DNA of 42,898 nucleotides from Candidatus Thermofontivivens primus (GTDB lineage: Bacteria; Sysuimicrobiota; Sysuimicrobiia; Sysuimicrobiales; Thermofontiviventaceae), in the NCBI GenBank assembly GCA_031458695.1, contig JAVKJW010000020.1, forward strand, positions 1 through 42,898. Direction: 5' to 3'. Below are positions 1-10,841 of this stretch, piece after piece. The stretch's first letter is position 1. Every line of letters starts with the position of its first letter. A model generated the notes under the pieces. It was not told the DNA's origin. It worked only from the letters and a program-made list of their open reading frames with translations, and did not search any database. The translations under genes were made by a program, and so were the position numbers.

Positions 1-354
1 TGTCTCTGATTGGGGCTGAACTCCTTCCACAGCGCTGAAAATCACCACTGCTCCATCCAGGACGCGTAAGGAGCGCTCCACTTCCACTGTAAAGTCCACA
101 TGCCCCGGGGTATCAATGATGTTGATCCGATGCCCGCGCCAAAAACAGGTCGTGGCAGCAGAGGTGATGGTAATCCCCCGCTCCCGCTCCTGGACCATCC
201 AGTCCATGGTCGCGGATCCCTCGTCCACCTCTCCAATCCTGTGGACCCTCCCTGTGTAGAAGAGAATCCGCTCCGTGGTGGTCGTCTTCCCAGCATCGAT
301 ATGGGCTACGATGCCGATGTTCCGAATTTTTTCCATCGGTACTTCCGTCACCAT
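1..354 (-). CDS. fusA: Elongation factor G, N-terminal part (runs off the window start)
   Basis: Manual translation from ATG at 354: [35 protein letters not shown]...[13 protein letters not shown]...[10 protein letters not shown]. Follows rpsG. Confidence 0.97.
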   Translation of the reverse strand, partial: MVTEVPMEKIRNIGIVAHIDAGKTTTTERILFYTGRVHRIGEVDEGSATMDWMVQERERGITITSAATTCFWRGHRINIIDTPGHVDFTVEVERSLRVLDGAVVIFSAVEGVQPQSET

Positions 355-432
355 CACACACCCTGGATCCCTTGCGAGGGATCCCGCATCGTGCGCCTCA
401 TTCTGAGTCTGCCTCTTGCAATCACGTGTTGG

Positions 433-906
433 TTACCAGCGGTAATGGGCGAACGCCTTGTTTGCCTCGGCCATCCGGTGCGTATCCTCCCGCTTCTTCA
501 CCGCTCCCCCTGTGCCCTGGCTCGCGTCGAGAAGTTCAGCGGCGAGCTTTTCGATCATCGTCCGCTTATCCTTCCTAGCCCGGGCATATTCGACAAGCCA
601 GCGGATGCCCAAGGAGAGACGACGCTCCGGTCGCACCTCAATGGGCACCTGGTACGTGGCGCCGCCTACGCGCCGCGGCCTCACCTCCAAAACCGGCATG
701 ACGTTCTGGAGCGCTTTGTCCAGGACCTTCAAGGGATCCTGTCCGGTGCGCTCCCGGATCCGATCGAATGCGGAGTACACAATCCACTCCGCGACGCTCT
801 TCTTCCCATCTTTCATGACCTTATTGATAAGCCTCTGGACGAGTGTACTGTTGTATACCGGATCCGGAGGGATCACTCTCTTTGGCACGGGACCACGACG
901 CGGCAT
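433..906 (-). CDS. rpsG: 30S ribosomal protein S7
   Basis: [10 protein letters not shown]...[11 protein letters not shown]...[13 protein letters not shown]. Confidence 0.99.
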   Translation of the reverse strand: MPRRGPVPKRVIPPDPVYNSTLVQRLINKVMKDGKKSVAEWIVYSAFDRIRERTGQDPLKVLDKALQNVMPVLEVRPRRVGGATYQVPIEVRPERRLSLGIRWLVEYARARKDKRTMIEKLAAELLDASQGTGGAVKKREDTHRMAEANKAFAHYRW

Positions 907-949
907 GACTCCATTTCCCCCTTGTCCCAGTCACTCCCTCACTCTATGA

Positions 950-1321
950 CTATTTCGGCCTCTTGGCCCCATACTTGGACCGCCCCTGCCGACGGTCAGC
1001 AACCCCTGCCGCATCCAGCGCGCCCCGGATGATATGATACCGGATGCCTGGAAGGTCCTTCACGCGTCCCCCGCGGATGAGCACAACGGAGTGCTCCTGG
1101 AGGTTGTGACCGATCCCAGGGATATACGCCGTGACCTCCATCCCATTGGTCAGGCGTACCCTGGCGATCTTCCGCAGAGCGGAATTGGGCTTCTTGGGGG
1201 TGGTGGTCTTCACCTGGATGCACACCCCCCGTTTTTGGGGACAGCCCTGCAAAGCTGGAGACTTGGTCTTCCGGACCACTGGGCTCCGGCCATAGCGGAC
1301 CAGCTGGTTCATCGTTACCAT
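950..1321 (-). CDS. rpsL: 30S ribosomal protein S12
   Basis: [21 protein letters not shown] and RVKDLPG motifs. Confidence 0.99.
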   Translation of the reverse strand: MVTMNQLVRYGRSPVVRKTKSPALQGCPQKRGVCIQVKTTTPKKPNSALRKIARVRLTNGMEVTAYIPGIGHNLQEHSVVLIRGGRVKDLPGIRYHIIRGALDAAGVADRRQGRSKYGAKRPK

Positions 1322-1677
1322 ACCAAACCCTCCATCTCCCGTTGCCTCTTTCGGGCCTTTTTCCTCCCTCTTGCGGGGGCCCGAGATGGCGCACCCTGAT
1401 CATATCGCAATTTGGTATAAGAAACCACTCCCACGGGGATCTTCGGCATCGTGCCCAGAGCACAAGCGCACCGAAGTCCCTCCCTCAGGGTGAGGACCGG
1501 TGAATGCCCGAAGCCTTCCTCTAGAGAGGCCGCGCCATACGCGGTGTCGTTCGGTGGGTCCCCGTTTCGGGGTTTCGCAAGAACCCCATCATGCCAGAGG
1601 GGGTACTTCCGACACCCTGCGGCGCATCCCTTTCGCTCCCCCACCGATTCCAGTGGGGTCCGAGACGGTACAAGTCC

Positions 1678-1935
1678 TTATCCGGACTCTTCTAGGATCG
1701 CGGCAGCAGCCGCCCCAACCTGGATCCCGCAGGCCCGTCCCAGCTCAGCCATGGAGCTCACTTCGATGACCTCCACGCCGCGTTCTCTTGCCGCCTGCAA
1801 CACCGGAGCAACGACGCGACGGTCGGCATCCCTGGCCACGAATACCACACGCGCCCTTCCGCGCTGGATGGCCTTAAGGGTCTGATTGGCACCCACGGCC
1901 CTTTCCACGGCAGCTCGAATGCGCTGATAGGGCAG
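1678..1935 (-). CDS. L7Ae/YbxF-like RNA-binding protein (start CTG 1935 or ATG 1950)
   Basis: VGANQTLKAI...VFVARDAD...SMAELGRACGIQVGAAAAA, in the usual position between rpoC and rpsL. The ORF-track start at 1989 lies inside the promoter and was not used. Confidence 0.88.
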   Translation of the reverse strand: MPYQRIRAAVERAVGANQTLKAIQRGRARVVFVARDADRRVVAPVLQAARERGVEVIEVSSMAELGRACGIQVGAAAAAILEESG

Positions 1936-1979
1936 GGTATTCCCCTCCATGGCCTGTTCAAGCACCCGGCACGACGGGT

Positions 1980-2008
1980 ATTCTAACATCCTCCACGGAC
2001 GTTGTCAA
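1980..2008 (-). promoter_or_regulatory. Sigma70-type promoter of the L7Ae-rpsL-rpsG-fusA unit
   Basis: TTGACA (2008-2003), 17 bp, TAGAAT (1985-1980), with extended -10 TG. Confidence 0.85.
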
Positions 2009-2047
2009 CTTCATCACGGACCTCTCCTTTGTCGGGGACCCTAAGGA

Positions 2048-2081
2048 GAAAGAGAGCAAGCCTCTTATCGAGAAGGCTTGC
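2048..2081 (-). terminator. Putative intrinsic terminator downstream of rpoC
   Basis: 8-bp stem GCAAGCCT/AGGCTTGC (2056-2063/2074-2081) followed on the minus strand by TCTCTTTCT; tail is imperfect. Confidence 0.45.
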
Positions 2082-2197
2082 TGCATGGGGAGAAACCATG
2101 AGCAAACGAAGAGGGAGATCCCCTTCCCTCGGGGGAGACCCCTGCCAGGAGGAAGGATGTGCACTTCCCCGTAACGGAGCGCGTCCTTCCCGGGGTC

Positions 2198-5100
2198 TCA
2201 CAGCTCCGGCTGGACCTTGAGGCTCCGATACCTTGCCATCCCGGTACCCGCAGGGATGAGCTTTCCGATGATTACGTTCTCCTTGAGACCAATGAGGGGG
2301 TCGACCTTCCCCTTGGTGGCCGCATCTGTGAGGACCCGCGTGGTCTCCTGGAAGGAGGCTGCGCTGAGCCAGCTCTCCGTGGCCAGAGAGGCCTTCGTGA
2401 TCCCCAGGAGGATGGGTCTCGCTTTGGCCGGTTCCTTCCCCTCTGCCATGGCCTCTTGGTTCCTCTCCTCGAATTCGAACTTGTCGACGACCTCCCCGGG
2501 CAGGAAGTCCGTCTCTCCTGGATCCTCTACTTTGACACGGCGAAGCATCTGGCGGATGATGATCTCAATGTGCTTGTCGTTGATGTCCACGCCCTGAGAC
2601 CTGTAGACGCTTTGTACCTCTTCCAGGAGGTACTTCTCCACGGCGTGGACTCCCTTCACCCGGAGGAGATCGTGAGGGTTGATGGGGCCTTCGGTGAGGG
2701 CATCGCCAGCCTCCACCTTCTGCCCGTTGGTCACCTTCAAGCGTACACCAAAGGGAACGTGGTAGACGCGCTCTTCCTCTTTATTGCGCACCACGACCTT
2801 CCGCGACCCTTTGCCTTCCTCAATCTCTACCTTCCCGCCGATCTCGGAGATGATCGCCTGCCCCTTCGGCCTCCTCGCCTCGAACAGCTCTTCTACGCGC
2901 GGCAGCCCTTGGGTGATGTCGAACCCGGCAACGCCACCGGTGTGGAAGGTACGCATGGTGAGCTGCGTCCCTGGCTCCCCAATGGACTGGGCAGCGATGA
3001 TCCCCACCGCCTCACCGACCTCGACGAGCTTGCCCGTAGCCAAGTTCCGCCCGTAGCACTTCGCGCAGACCCCATACCGGGTCTTGCACGTGAGCACCGA
3101 GCGGGTGCGGACGCGCTCGATCCCCGCCTGCTCAATCTGTTCCGCAAGCTCCTCGGTGATCTCCTCACCGGCACGGACGAGCACTTTCTTGCTCCGGGGG
3201 ACCACGATGTCCTCCACGGCAACCCTCCCCACGATGCGATCCTTCAAGGGGACGACAATCTCGTCGCCCTCCTTAATCGCCTCGAGGACGATGCCTTCAG
3301 TGGTCTTGCAGTCCTCCTCCCGGACGATGACATCCTGGGCAACATCCACGAGGCGCCGGGTCAGGTAACCAGACTCGGAGGTGCGGATCGCCGTATCCGC
3401 GAGGCCCTTCCGCTGCCCATGGGTAGAGATGAAGTACTCGAGCACCGTGAGCCCCTCGCGGAAGTTCGCCTTGATGGGCAACTCGATGATCCGTCCCGAG
3501 GGGTCGGTCATCAGCCCGCGCATGCCGCAGAGCTGGCGGATCTGCTGGATGTTCCCGCGGGCACCGCTCTGGGCCATCATGTGTAACGGGTTGAAGGGGT
3601 CGAAGTGGCGAAGCATCGCCCTCGTGATCTCCTCAGTAGCATTCGTCCAAACGTCGATGACCCGCTGGTATCGCTCCCCCTCGGTAATCAGACCCCTGCG
3701 GTACTGTGCCTCGATGGCGTCTACCTGCTTTTCGGCCTGCTGGAGGATCTGCTCTTTCTCCGGGGGGATGAGGATATCGTCCACGGAGATCCCGCTCCCG
3801 GACTTGGTGGCATAGTGGAACCCCAGCTCTTTGAGAGCGTCAAGGAGTTGCGCGGTTTTCACAGACCCCAGTTTCGCATAAGCCTCGGAGACGATCTGGG
3901 AGAGAACCTTTTTATCACAGACCTCGTTGATGAACCGGAGCTCCTCTGGGATGGCCTCGTTGAGGATCACCCGGCCGACCGTAGTCTCGATGGGGGCGGA
4001 ATCCCGCGTCAGGCGGACCTTGATCTTGGCATGGAGGTCCACAACGCCGCTTTCATAGGCCAGGATCACCTCGTTGGGCGTGGAGAAAACCTTCCCTTCT
4101 CCCTTCGCCCCCGGCTTCTCTAGGGTCAGGTAATAACAGCCAAAGACGATATCCCGCGTCGGGCTCGTAATGGCCTTCCCGTACGCAGGGGAGAGGATGT
4201 TGTAGGCGGAAAGCATGAGGAGCCTTGCCTCAGCCTGCGCCGCCGCGGAGAGAGGCACGTGCACAGCCATCTGGTCGCCATCGAAGTCTGCGTTATAGGC
4301 GGTACACACCAGAGGATGGATCTGGATGGCTTTCCCGTCGATGAGCACGGGCTCGAATGCTTGGATCCCCAGGCGGTGGAGCGTGGGGGCCCGGTTCAGC
4401 AGCACGGGGTGCTCCTTCACTACCTCCTCCAGCACATCCCAGACCTCCGTACGCTGGCGCTCCACCATGCGCTTGGCGCTCTTGATGTTCTGGGCGAGTC
4501 CTTTGTCGACGAGCTTCTTCATCACGAACGGCTTGAACAGCTCCAGAGCCATCTCTCTTGGGAGACCGCACTGGTGCAGCTTGAGCTTAGGGCCGACGAC
4601 GATGACGGAGCGACCAGAGTAATCCACCCGCTTCCCCAGGAGGTTCTGCCGGAACCGGCCTTGCTTGCCCTTCAGCATGTCCGACAGGGATTTCAACGGA
4701 CGGTTGTTGGGCCCAGTAACAGGCCTACCCCGCCGCCCGTTGTCAATGAGGGCATCGACGGCCTCCTGGAGCATCCGCTTCTCGTTGCGCACAATGATCT
4801 CGGGTGCGCCCAGTTCGATGAGGCGCTTCAGGCGGTTGTTCCGGTTGATGACACGCCGGTAGAGGTCGTTGAGATCGCTGGTGGCAAACCGTCCGCCATC
4901 GAGCTGAACCATTGGCCGGAGGTCGGGCGGGATTACCGGGATGACTTCTAGGATCATCCACTCGGGGCGGTTCCCGCTCTTGCGGAACGCCTCCACCACC
5001 TCCAAGCGCTTGAGGATCTTCATGCGCTTCTGCCCGGAAGCCGTGCGCAACTCCTCCCGCAGTTGGCGGGAGAGCTTTTCCAGGTCGATCTCCCGGAGGA

Positions 5101-5632
5101 GCTCCCGAATCGCCTCTGCGCCCATCCCCGCCTTGAAGGCGTTCCCGTAAGTGTCCCGCAGCTCCCTGTACTCCGCTTCAGAGAGGAGTTGCTTTTTCTG
5201 GAGAGGCGTGTTCCCTGGGTCGATCACCACATAGGAGGCGAAATAGACCACACGCTCTAGCGCTCTAGGGGACATGTCGAGGAGCAACCCGATGCGGCTA
5301 GGGACCCCCTTGAGGTACCAAATGTGGCAGACCGGAGCGGCCAGCTCGATATGCCCCATGCGCTCGCGCCGGACCTTGGAGCGGGTCACCTCCACGCCGC
5401 ACCGGTCGCAGATAATCCCCTTGAACCGGATGCGCTTGTACTTCCCGCAGTGGCACTCCCAGTCACGGATAGGCCCGAAAATCCGCTCGCAGAACAGCCC
5501 ATCCCGCTCTGGTTTCAGGGTGCGGTAGTTGATGGTCTCTGGTTTCTTTACCTCCCCATGCGACCACTGCCGGATCTGTTCTGGGGAAGCCAGACTGATC
5601 TTGATGGCTTCGAAGGTATTCACATCCTGCAC
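2198..5632 (-). CDS. rpoC: RNA polymerase beta' subunit
   Basis: NADFDGDQM catalytic motif, both Zn sites (CHCG..CDRC; CKT..C..CAKC), SAASFQETT. Confidence 0.99.
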   Translation of the reverse strand: MQDVNTFEAIKISLASPEQIRQWSHGEVKKPETINYRTLKPERDGLFCERIFGPIRDWECHCGKYKRIRFKGIICDRCGVEVTRSKVRRERMGHIELAAPVCHIWYLKGVPSRIGLLLDMSPRALERVVYFASYVVIDPGNTPLQKKQLLSEAEYRELRDTYGNAFKAGMGAEAIRELLREIDLEKLSRQLREELRTASGQKRMKILKRLEVVEAFRKSGNRPEWMILEVIPVIPPDLRPMVQLDGGRFATSDLNDLYRRVINRNNRLKRLIELGAPEIIVRNEKRMLQEAVDALIDNGRRGRPVTGPNNRPLKSLSDMLKGKQGRFRQNLLGKRVDYSGRSVIVVGPKLKLHQCGLPREMALELFKPFVMKKLVDKGLAQNIKSAKRMVERQRTEVWDVLEEVVKEHPVLLNRAPTLHRLGIQAFEPVLIDGKAIQIHPLVCTAYNADFDGDQMAVHVPLSAAAQAEARLLMLSAYNILSPAYGKAITSPTRDIVFGCYYLTLEKPGAKGEGKVFSTPNEVILAYESGVVDLHAKIKVRLTRDSAPIETTVGRVILNEAIPEELRFINEVCDKKVLSQIVSEAYAKLGSVKTAQLLDALKELGFHYATKSGSGISVDDILIPPEKEQILQQAEKQVDAIEAQYRRGLITEGERYQRVIDVWTNATEEITRAMLRHFDPFNPLHMMAQSGARGNIQQIRQLCGMRGLMTDPSGRIIELPIKANFREGLTVLEYFISTHGQRKGLADTAIRTSESGYLTRRLVDVAQDVIVREEDCKTTEGIVLEAIKEGDEIVVPLKDRIVGRVAVEDIVVPRSKKVLVRAGEEITEELAEQIEQAGIERVRTRSVLTCKTRYGVCAKCYGRNLATGKLVEVGEAVGIIAAQSIGEPGTQLTMRTFHTGGVAGFDITQGLPRVEELFEARRPKGQAIISEIGGKVEIEEGKGSRKVVVRNKEEERVYHVPFGVRLKVTNGQKVEAGDALTEGPINPHDLLRVKGVHAVEKYLLEEVQSVYRSQGVDINDKHIEIIIRQMLRRVKVEDPGETDFLPGEVVDKFEFEERNQEAMAEGKEPAKARPILLGITKASLATESWLSAASFQETTRVLTDAATKGKVDPLIGLKENVIIGKLIPAGTGMARYRSLKVQPEL

Positions 5633-5670
5633 GTCGATCGCCTCCAGGAAAAGCGCGTTGCTTGGGTTCC

Positions 5671-8600
5671 TTAGTAGTCCTCCACGAGGGCCTCTTCTCC
5701 CTCGAGATTGATCCCAAGGGCACGGGCCGTCTCGGCCACGTCCTCCTCGACCTCCCGGAGCTCAATCTCCCTCTTGTCCGCCGAGAGGACCTTTACGTCC
5801 AGGCAGAGGCTCTGGAGTTCTTTTACCAGGACCTTGAAGGACTCGGGGATCCCAGGCTCCTGGATGTTCTCCCCCTTCACCACTGCCTCGTAGGTCTTGA
5901 CCCGGCCTACCACGTCGTCGGACTTCACCGTGAGGAGCTCCTGCAAGGTGTAGGCAGCACCGTAGGCCTCCAGGGCCCACACCTCCATCTCCCCGAATCG
6001 CTGCCCTCCGAACTGGGCCTTCCCACCCAGCGGCTGTTGCGTAATTAAGCTGTAAGGACCGGTAGACCGAGCATGGATCTTGTCTTCCACTAGGTGGTGG
6101 AGTTTCATCATATAAATGTATCCTACGGTGACGGGCTCATCGAATGGCTCCCCCGTCCTGCCGTCGTACAGGATGATCTTCCCGCTCTCTGGAAGCCCAG
6201 CCTTGCGGAGCAGGGCTTTGATTTCCCCTTCCTTAGGCCCGTCGAACACCGGACACTCGGCCCAGAAGTTCAACTTTTCCGCAGCCCAACCGAGGTGGGT
6301 TTCTAAGACCTGCCCTACGTTCATCCGGGAAGGAACCCCAAGCGGGTTGAGGATGATGTCCACAGGTGTCCCGTCAGGGAGGAAGGGCATATCCTCCTCA
6401 GGGAGGATGATCGAGATGACTCCCTTGTTCCCGTGCCGGCCTGCCATCTTGTCTCCCACGGTGATCTTGCGCTTCTGGGCGACATAGACGCGGACGAGCT
6501 GGTTGACACCTGGCGGGAGCTCATCCCCCTGGGCGTGGCTGAATACTTTAACCCCGATGACCTTCCCCTTCTCCCCATGGGGGACACGGAGGGAGGTATC
6601 CCGGACCTCCCGAGCCTTCTCCCCGAAGATGGCACGCAGCAGGCGCTCCTCTGCGCTCAGCTCCGTCTCACCCTTGGGAGTAACCTTCCCCACAAGGATG
6701 TCGCCGGCGCGGACCTCTGCGCCAATACGGACAATCCCCCGCTCGTCGAGATCTCGCAGGGCATCCTCCCCGACGTTGGGGATATCTCGGGTGATCTCCT
6801 CCGGCCCGAGCTTGGTATCCCTGGCCTCCACCTCGTACTCCTCAATGTGGATGGAGGTGTACAGGTCCTCCTTCACCAGGCGTTCAGAGATCACAATAGC
6901 GTCCTCGTAGTTGTATCCCTCCCAGGGCATGAACGCCACCAGAACGTTGCGCCCCAGGGCGAGCTCTCCCTGGTCTGTGCTCGGCCCATCTGCGATGACG
7001 TCTCCAGCCTTCACGACATCACCTGTCCGGACAATGGGGCGCTGGTTGATGCATGTCCCCTGGTTGCTCCGGCGGAACTTAATCAGCTTGTAGACATCCC
7101 TGCCCTTGTCGGTCTTGATGACAATCTCGTCGGCGGCGACGCTCTCCACGACACCATCCCGCTTGGCCACCACCACAGCTCCGGAGTCGACGGCAGCCCG
7201 GTACTCCATCCCTGTCCCCACCCTGGGAGCCTCAGGGACAAGGAGGGGGACCGCCTGGCGCTGCATGTTGGAGCCCATCAGGGCGCGGTTGGCATCGTCG
7301 TGCTCGAGGAACGGGATCAAGGAGGTGGCCACGGAGACGATCTGCTTCGGAGAGACGTCGATGAAATCCACCTCCGACGGGGGAACCTGGATAATCTGGC
7401 CCCCACGCCGTGCAATCACCCTGGGAGCAGTAATCCGCCCTTCCGCATCCATCCTTACGTTGGCCTGGGCGATGGTGTACTTGTCCTCCTCGTCGGCGGT
7501 GAGGTAGACGATCTCGTCTGTCACGACCCCGTTTTTCACTTTCCGGTAGGGGGTCTCAATGAACCCAAGGTCGTTCACCCGGGCGTACGTGGCAAGGGAG
7601 CTGATGAGTCCGATGTTCGGGCCTTCCGGTGTTTCAATGGGGCACATCCGGCCGTAGTGCGAGGCATGAACGTCCCGCACTTCAAACCCGGCTCGCTCCC
7701 GGGATAGCCCACCTGGACCAAGCGCGGAGAGGCGCCGCTTGTGGGTGAGCTCAGCGAGAGGGTTGGTCTGGTCCATGAACTGGGAGAGCTGGCTTGAGCC
7801 AAAGAATTCCTTGATGGCGGCCACCACGGGGCGGATGTTGATGAGAACCTGGGGGGTGATCTGCGCGGACTCCTGGATGGTCATCCGCTCGCGGATTACT
7901 CGCTCCATACGCAGCATCCCAATGCGGAACTGGTTTTGCAGAAGCTCCCCCACAGACCGAACCCTGCGGTTCCCCAAGTGGTCAATATCGTCCTCCTGGG
8001 CCTCCCCGTGCCAGAGCCGGATGAGATGGCGGATGATCTCGACGATGTCCTCCTTGGTGAGCACCCGCACGTGGAGTGGGAGGTTAAGTCCCAGCTTCTT
8101 GTTCAGCTTGTACCGGCCAACCCGACCGAGATCGTACCGCTTGGGATCGAAGAACAGGGTATTGAGCAGGTTGCGGGCGCTCTCCACGTTGGGCGGGTCC
8201 CCAGGCCGAAGGCGCCGATAGATCTCTATGAGGGATTCCTCGGTGCTGGCCGTGTTGTCCCGTTCCAGGGTCGCGACGATGCAGGGATCATCTTGGAAGA
8301 GCCGGGTGATCTCCTCGTCGCTACTGTATCCTAAGGCCCGGAGGAGAACCGTCGCGGGAAGCTTGCGAGTCCGGTCGATGTGTACATAGATCGCCCCGTG
8401 GGCATCGGTCTCCATCTCCAGCCAAGCACCGCGGTGGGGGATCACCGTGGCTGTTGGGAGCCTCCTCCCAGAGACATCGGGGTTCGATCCATAGTAGACC
8501 CCCGGGGAGCGGACAAGCTGGCTTACGACAACGCGCTCAGCCCCGTTGATGATGAAGGTCCCCCGTTCGGTCATGAGCGGGAGGTCCCCCATGAATACCT

Positions 8601-9048
8601 CCTGCTCCTTGATCTCCCCGGTCTCCTTGATGAGCAGGCGGACGCGCACCTTCAGGGAGGCGCTATAGGTATAGTCTCGATCGCGGCACTCTTCCTCGGA
8701 ATACTTGAGAGGCTCCAAGTAGTAATCGAGGAACTCCAGCTGGAGGTTCCCTGTGAAGTCCTGGATGGGGGAGATCTCCTCAAAGACCTCCTTGATCCCC
8801 TCCTTGATGAACCAATCGTAGGACCGGAGCTGGATCTCGATGAGGTGGGGCACATCCAAAACCTCTGGGATCTTGGCGAAGCTCCAGCGGGTCCTCCGCC
8901 CCCGCTGCACTGTCCGGAAGTGTACCTCCGGGGGGGCCTCCAGGATACCCGCCCTAGACGCTCCGGTACCTTCCTTGGGTGGATCCGTCACAGGGACATG
9001 GTTCCCACTTTTACGGGCACGAATACGATTGTTGGCCTTGGCCTTCAC
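5671..9048 (-). CDS. rpoB: RNA polymerase beta subunit
   Basis: [61 protein letters not shown] start with SD GGAGGTG at 9060-9066. Confidence 0.99.
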   Translation of the reverse strand: MKAKANNRIRARKSGNHVPVTDPPKEGTGASRAGILEAPPEVHFRTVQRGRRTRWSFAKIPEVLDVPHLIEIQLRSYDWFIKEGIKEVFEEISPIQDFTGNLQLEFLDYYLEPLKYSEEECRDRDYTYSASLKVRVRLLIKETGEIKEQEVFMGDLPLMTERGTFIINGAERVVVSQLVRSPGVYYGSNPDVSGRRLPTATVIPHRGAWLEMETDAHGAIYVHIDRTRKLPATVLLRALGYSSDEEITRLFQDDPCIVATLERDNTASTEESLIEIYRRLRPGDPPNVESARNLLNTLFFDPKRYDLGRVGRYKLNKKLGLNLPLHVRVLTKEDIVEIIRHLIRLWHGEAQEDDIDHLGNRRVRSVGELLQNQFRIGMLRMERVIRERMTIQESAQITPQVLINIRPVVAAIKEFFGSSQLSQFMDQTNPLAELTHKRRLSALGPGGLSRERAGFEVRDVHASHYGRMCPIETPEGPNIGLISSLATYARVNDLGFIETPYRKVKNGVVTDEIVYLTADEEDKYTIAQANVRMDAEGRITAPRVIARRGGQIIQVPPSEVDFIDVSPKQIVSVATSLIPFLEHDDANRALMGSNMQRQAVPLLVPEAPRVGTGMEYRAAVDSGAVVVAKRDGVVESVAADEIVIKTDKGRDVYKLIKFRRSNQGTCINQRPIVRTGDVVKAGDVIADGPSTDQGELALGRNVLVAFMPWEGYNYEDAIVISERLVKEDLYTSIHIEEYEVEARDTKLGPEEITRDIPNVGEDALRDLDERGIVRIGAEVRAGDILVGKVTPKGETELSAEERLLRAIFGEKAREVRDTSLRVPHGEKGKVIGVKVFSHAQGDELPPGVNQLVRVYVAQKRKITVGDKMAGRHGNKGVISIILPEEDMPFLPDGTPVDIILNPLGVPSRMNVGQVLETHLGWAAEKLNFWAECPVFDGPKEGEIKALLRKAGLPESGKIILYDGRTGEPFDEPVTVGYIYMMKLHHLVEDKIHARSTGPYSLITQQPLGGKAQFGGQRFGEMEVWALEAYGAAYTLQELLTVKSDDVVGRVKTYEAVVKGENIQEPGIPESFKVLVKELQSLCLDVKVLSADKREIELREVEEDVAETARALGINLEGEEALVEDY

Positions 9049-9207
9049 TGGGGAAAGGTCACCTCCACCGTGGGTTTGTCCACTCCACTGGGATTGCTTA
9101 CACTCTCGCCCCCATCAACGTAACGAGGGCTTTCTTCGGGGTATTGAACAATAGGAAGACCATTCCTTCATGCGGCATCCGCATAGTAGCCTTCCCGAAA
9201 GGGAATG

Positions 9208-9249
9208 AAAGCACAAAAGCAAGGCCCACATATGCCTCGCTCGTTGTGC
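9208..9249 (-). terminator. Attenuator-like hairpin in the rpoB leader
   Basis: Minus strand GCACAA-CG-AGCGAGGC-loop-GCCTTGCT-TTTGTGC-TTT: a stem followed by a U-rich tract. Confidence 0.5.
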
Positions 9250-9311
9250 CACTTGGTGTTGTCGACTGAAAACCCCCCATCCGGCCCATGTGGGTAGGAT
9301 GCAGTGGTTCT

Positions 9312-9340
9312 ATCTTAGCAAGCACTCCCAGGGAAGTCAA
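9312..9340 (-). promoter_or_regulatory. Sigma70-type promoter of rpoBC
   Basis: TTGACT (9340-9335), 17 bp, TAAGAT (9317-9312), extended -10 TG. Confidence 0.75.
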
Positions 9341-9354
9341 GAGAGGTGGTTGTC

Positions 9355-9834
9355 TTATTTGATCTCCACCACAGCTCCCTCGGCCTCGAGCTTCTTCTTG
9401 ATCTGCTCGGCCTCTTGCTTGGAGACCTTCTCCTTCACAGCCTTGGGGGCGCTGTCCACGAGTTCCTTTGCCTCCTTCAGGCCGAGCCCCGTAATCTCCC
9501 GGACGACCTTGATCACCTGGATCTTCTTTTCCCCTGGGCTCTGGAGGATCACATCAAACTCCGTCTGCTCCTCTACAGGTGCTGCTGCAGGTGCTCCTGG
9601 AGCAGCTGCAACTGGAGCGGCTACCGCAACAGGAGCGGCGCTCACCCCAAATCGTTCCTCCAGGGCCTTCACGAGTTCAGCCAGTTCGAGCACAGAAAGG
9701 TTCTCGATGGCCGAAATGATCTGGTCGGTGGAGAGTTTGTTGGAGACAGTACCCTCCTGCGTCATCTGTGCCACGGCCCCCTCTTCTCCGTCCCCTGCTT
9801 TCGTCTTCCGGGTCCGCTTGGTCTCCTCTGCCAT
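9355..9834 (-). CDS. rplL: 50S ribosomal protein L7/L12 with N-terminal extension
   Basis: [58 protein letters not shown] 9834 has SD AGGAGGG 6 nt upstream. Confidence 0.97.
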   Translation of the reverse strand: MAEETKRTRKTKAGDGEEGAVAQMTQEGTVSNKLSTDQIISAIENLSVLELAELVKALEERFGVSAAPVAVAAPVAAAPGAPAAAPVEEQTEFDVILQSPGEKKIQVIKVVREITGLGLKEAKELVDSAPKAVKEKVSKQEAEQIKKKLEAEGAVVEIK

Positions 9835-9896
9835 GTTCATCCCTCCTCTTCTCATTCCCTCGGCAAAATCTTGTGGAAGGATTTTGCCCGGATACC

Positions 9897-10442
9897 TCAG
9901 CTCTCAGCACTCCCCGTAAAAGAAGCGGCTTCTCTTTGGCGCCGGATGGCATCCAGGACATAGACAAGTGAACGCACGGGCCCAGATAGCACGGAAACCA
10001 GCCGGGTGAGGGGAGATTGCAATCCTCCCACAACCCTCGCCCGCAGCTCATGCTTAGGAGGCAGCTGGGCCAGGGTCTGGATATCCGCCGGGGAGAGGAT
10101 CCGGCCATCCAATAGCCCGCCTTTGACCTCCAGCTTGCGCACTTGGCGGATGAAGTCCTGGAAGATCTTCGCAACATCAACGACATCGCCCCGCACGAAG
10201 GCGACCGCAGTGGGACCCTCAAGAAAGGCATCGAGCCCCTGTATTCCCAGGCCTGAGGCCGCAATGCGGAGCAACGTGTTCTTCACCACCCTATACTCCG
10301 TCTGTACCTCCCGGAGCCGACGCCGGACTGTGTTGATCTCGCTTACGTTCAGCCCCCGGAAATCTGTCAGAATCACTGCGGATGCGCTCCTGAGTTTCTC
10401 CTGGAGCTCCTGAACCTGCATCACCTTCTCAGGCTTGGCCAT
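9897..10442 (-). CDS. rplJ: 50S ribosomal protein L10
   Basis: [15 protein letters not shown] and LEGPTAVAF motifs; SD GAGGAGG; sits upstream of rplL. Confidence 0.97.
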   Translation of the reverse strand: MAKPEKVMQVQELQEKLRSASAVILTDFRGLNVSEINTVRRRLREVQTEYRVVKNTLLRIAASGLGIQGLDAFLEGPTAVAFVRGDVVDVAKIFQDFIRQVRKLEVKGGLLDGRILSPADIQTLAQLPPKHELRARVVGGLQSPLTRLVSVLSGPVRSLVYVLDAIRRQREAASFTGSAES

Positions 10443-10620
10443 CCCAAGACCTCCTCAGCCAGTCCCCCGGCAAAGGGCAAAAGATTTTTCCAGGCGTATA
10501 GAAAGGGGACCGCCGCATCCGGTGATCCCCTGTGTATGTACCAGGACACCTCAGCAGGCGGCAAGGCGATACCCCTTGCCTTTCAGTCCGAACGGACACC
10601 TGCTTTCTCCGGCGGATTCA
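10443..10620 (-). promoter_or_regulatory. Ribosomal protein L10 leader (autoregulatory RNA)
   Basis: Minus strand CCGGAGAAAGCAGGTG...CGCCTGCTGAGG (core 10549-10613) matches the recalled L10_leader core CCGuAGAcAGCAGG...CCUGCcGAGG, directly upstream of rplJ. Confidence 0.8.
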
Positions 10621-10812
10621 TTATGGACCGGTAAAGATCTCCAAGGGGAGATCCACCAGCGTTGTGAAGTACATCGGCAAAGTCTCTTTGCCTTCCGCTC
10701 GGGGCCCCTCCCGGTCCTTCACAAAATGCCGAACATGTATGGAAAGCAAATCCCGACGGTCCAGCGAAATCTCGTCAAAAGAGATTTCACTGGTGCTCCT
10801 GGGACGTATGGC

Positions 10813-10841
10813 ATTATAGCAAAGCCATGCGCCCTACGCAA
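10813..10841 (-). promoter_or_regulatory. Sigma70-type promoter of rplJL, overlapping the rplA stop codon
   Basis: TTGCGT (10841-10836), 17 bp, TATAAT (10818-10813), extended -10 TG. Confidence 0.75.

Noticed and set aside
1550..1600. Resemblance to a c-di-GMP-I riboswitch (GCGAAA-CCCC-GAAA-CGGGG-AC)
   Set aside because: Lacks the GGCAAA and GACGCAAAG consensus; the context (rpsL) is also unlikely.
1315..1644. 109-aa minus-strand ORF upstream of rpsL
   Set aside because: No clear SD or recognisable motif; the region is better explained as structured RNA.
7700..7810. Rifampicin-resistance region of RpoB, and streptomycin sites of S12
   Set aside because: Sequences look wild-type (Q, D, H, S in cluster I; both S12 lysines intact).
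2159..9123. Long plus-strand ORFs opposite rpoC and rpoB (e.g. 2159-3586, 6433-7707)
   Set aside because: Antisense shadow frames of GC-rich, codon-biased genes, with no recognisable motifs.
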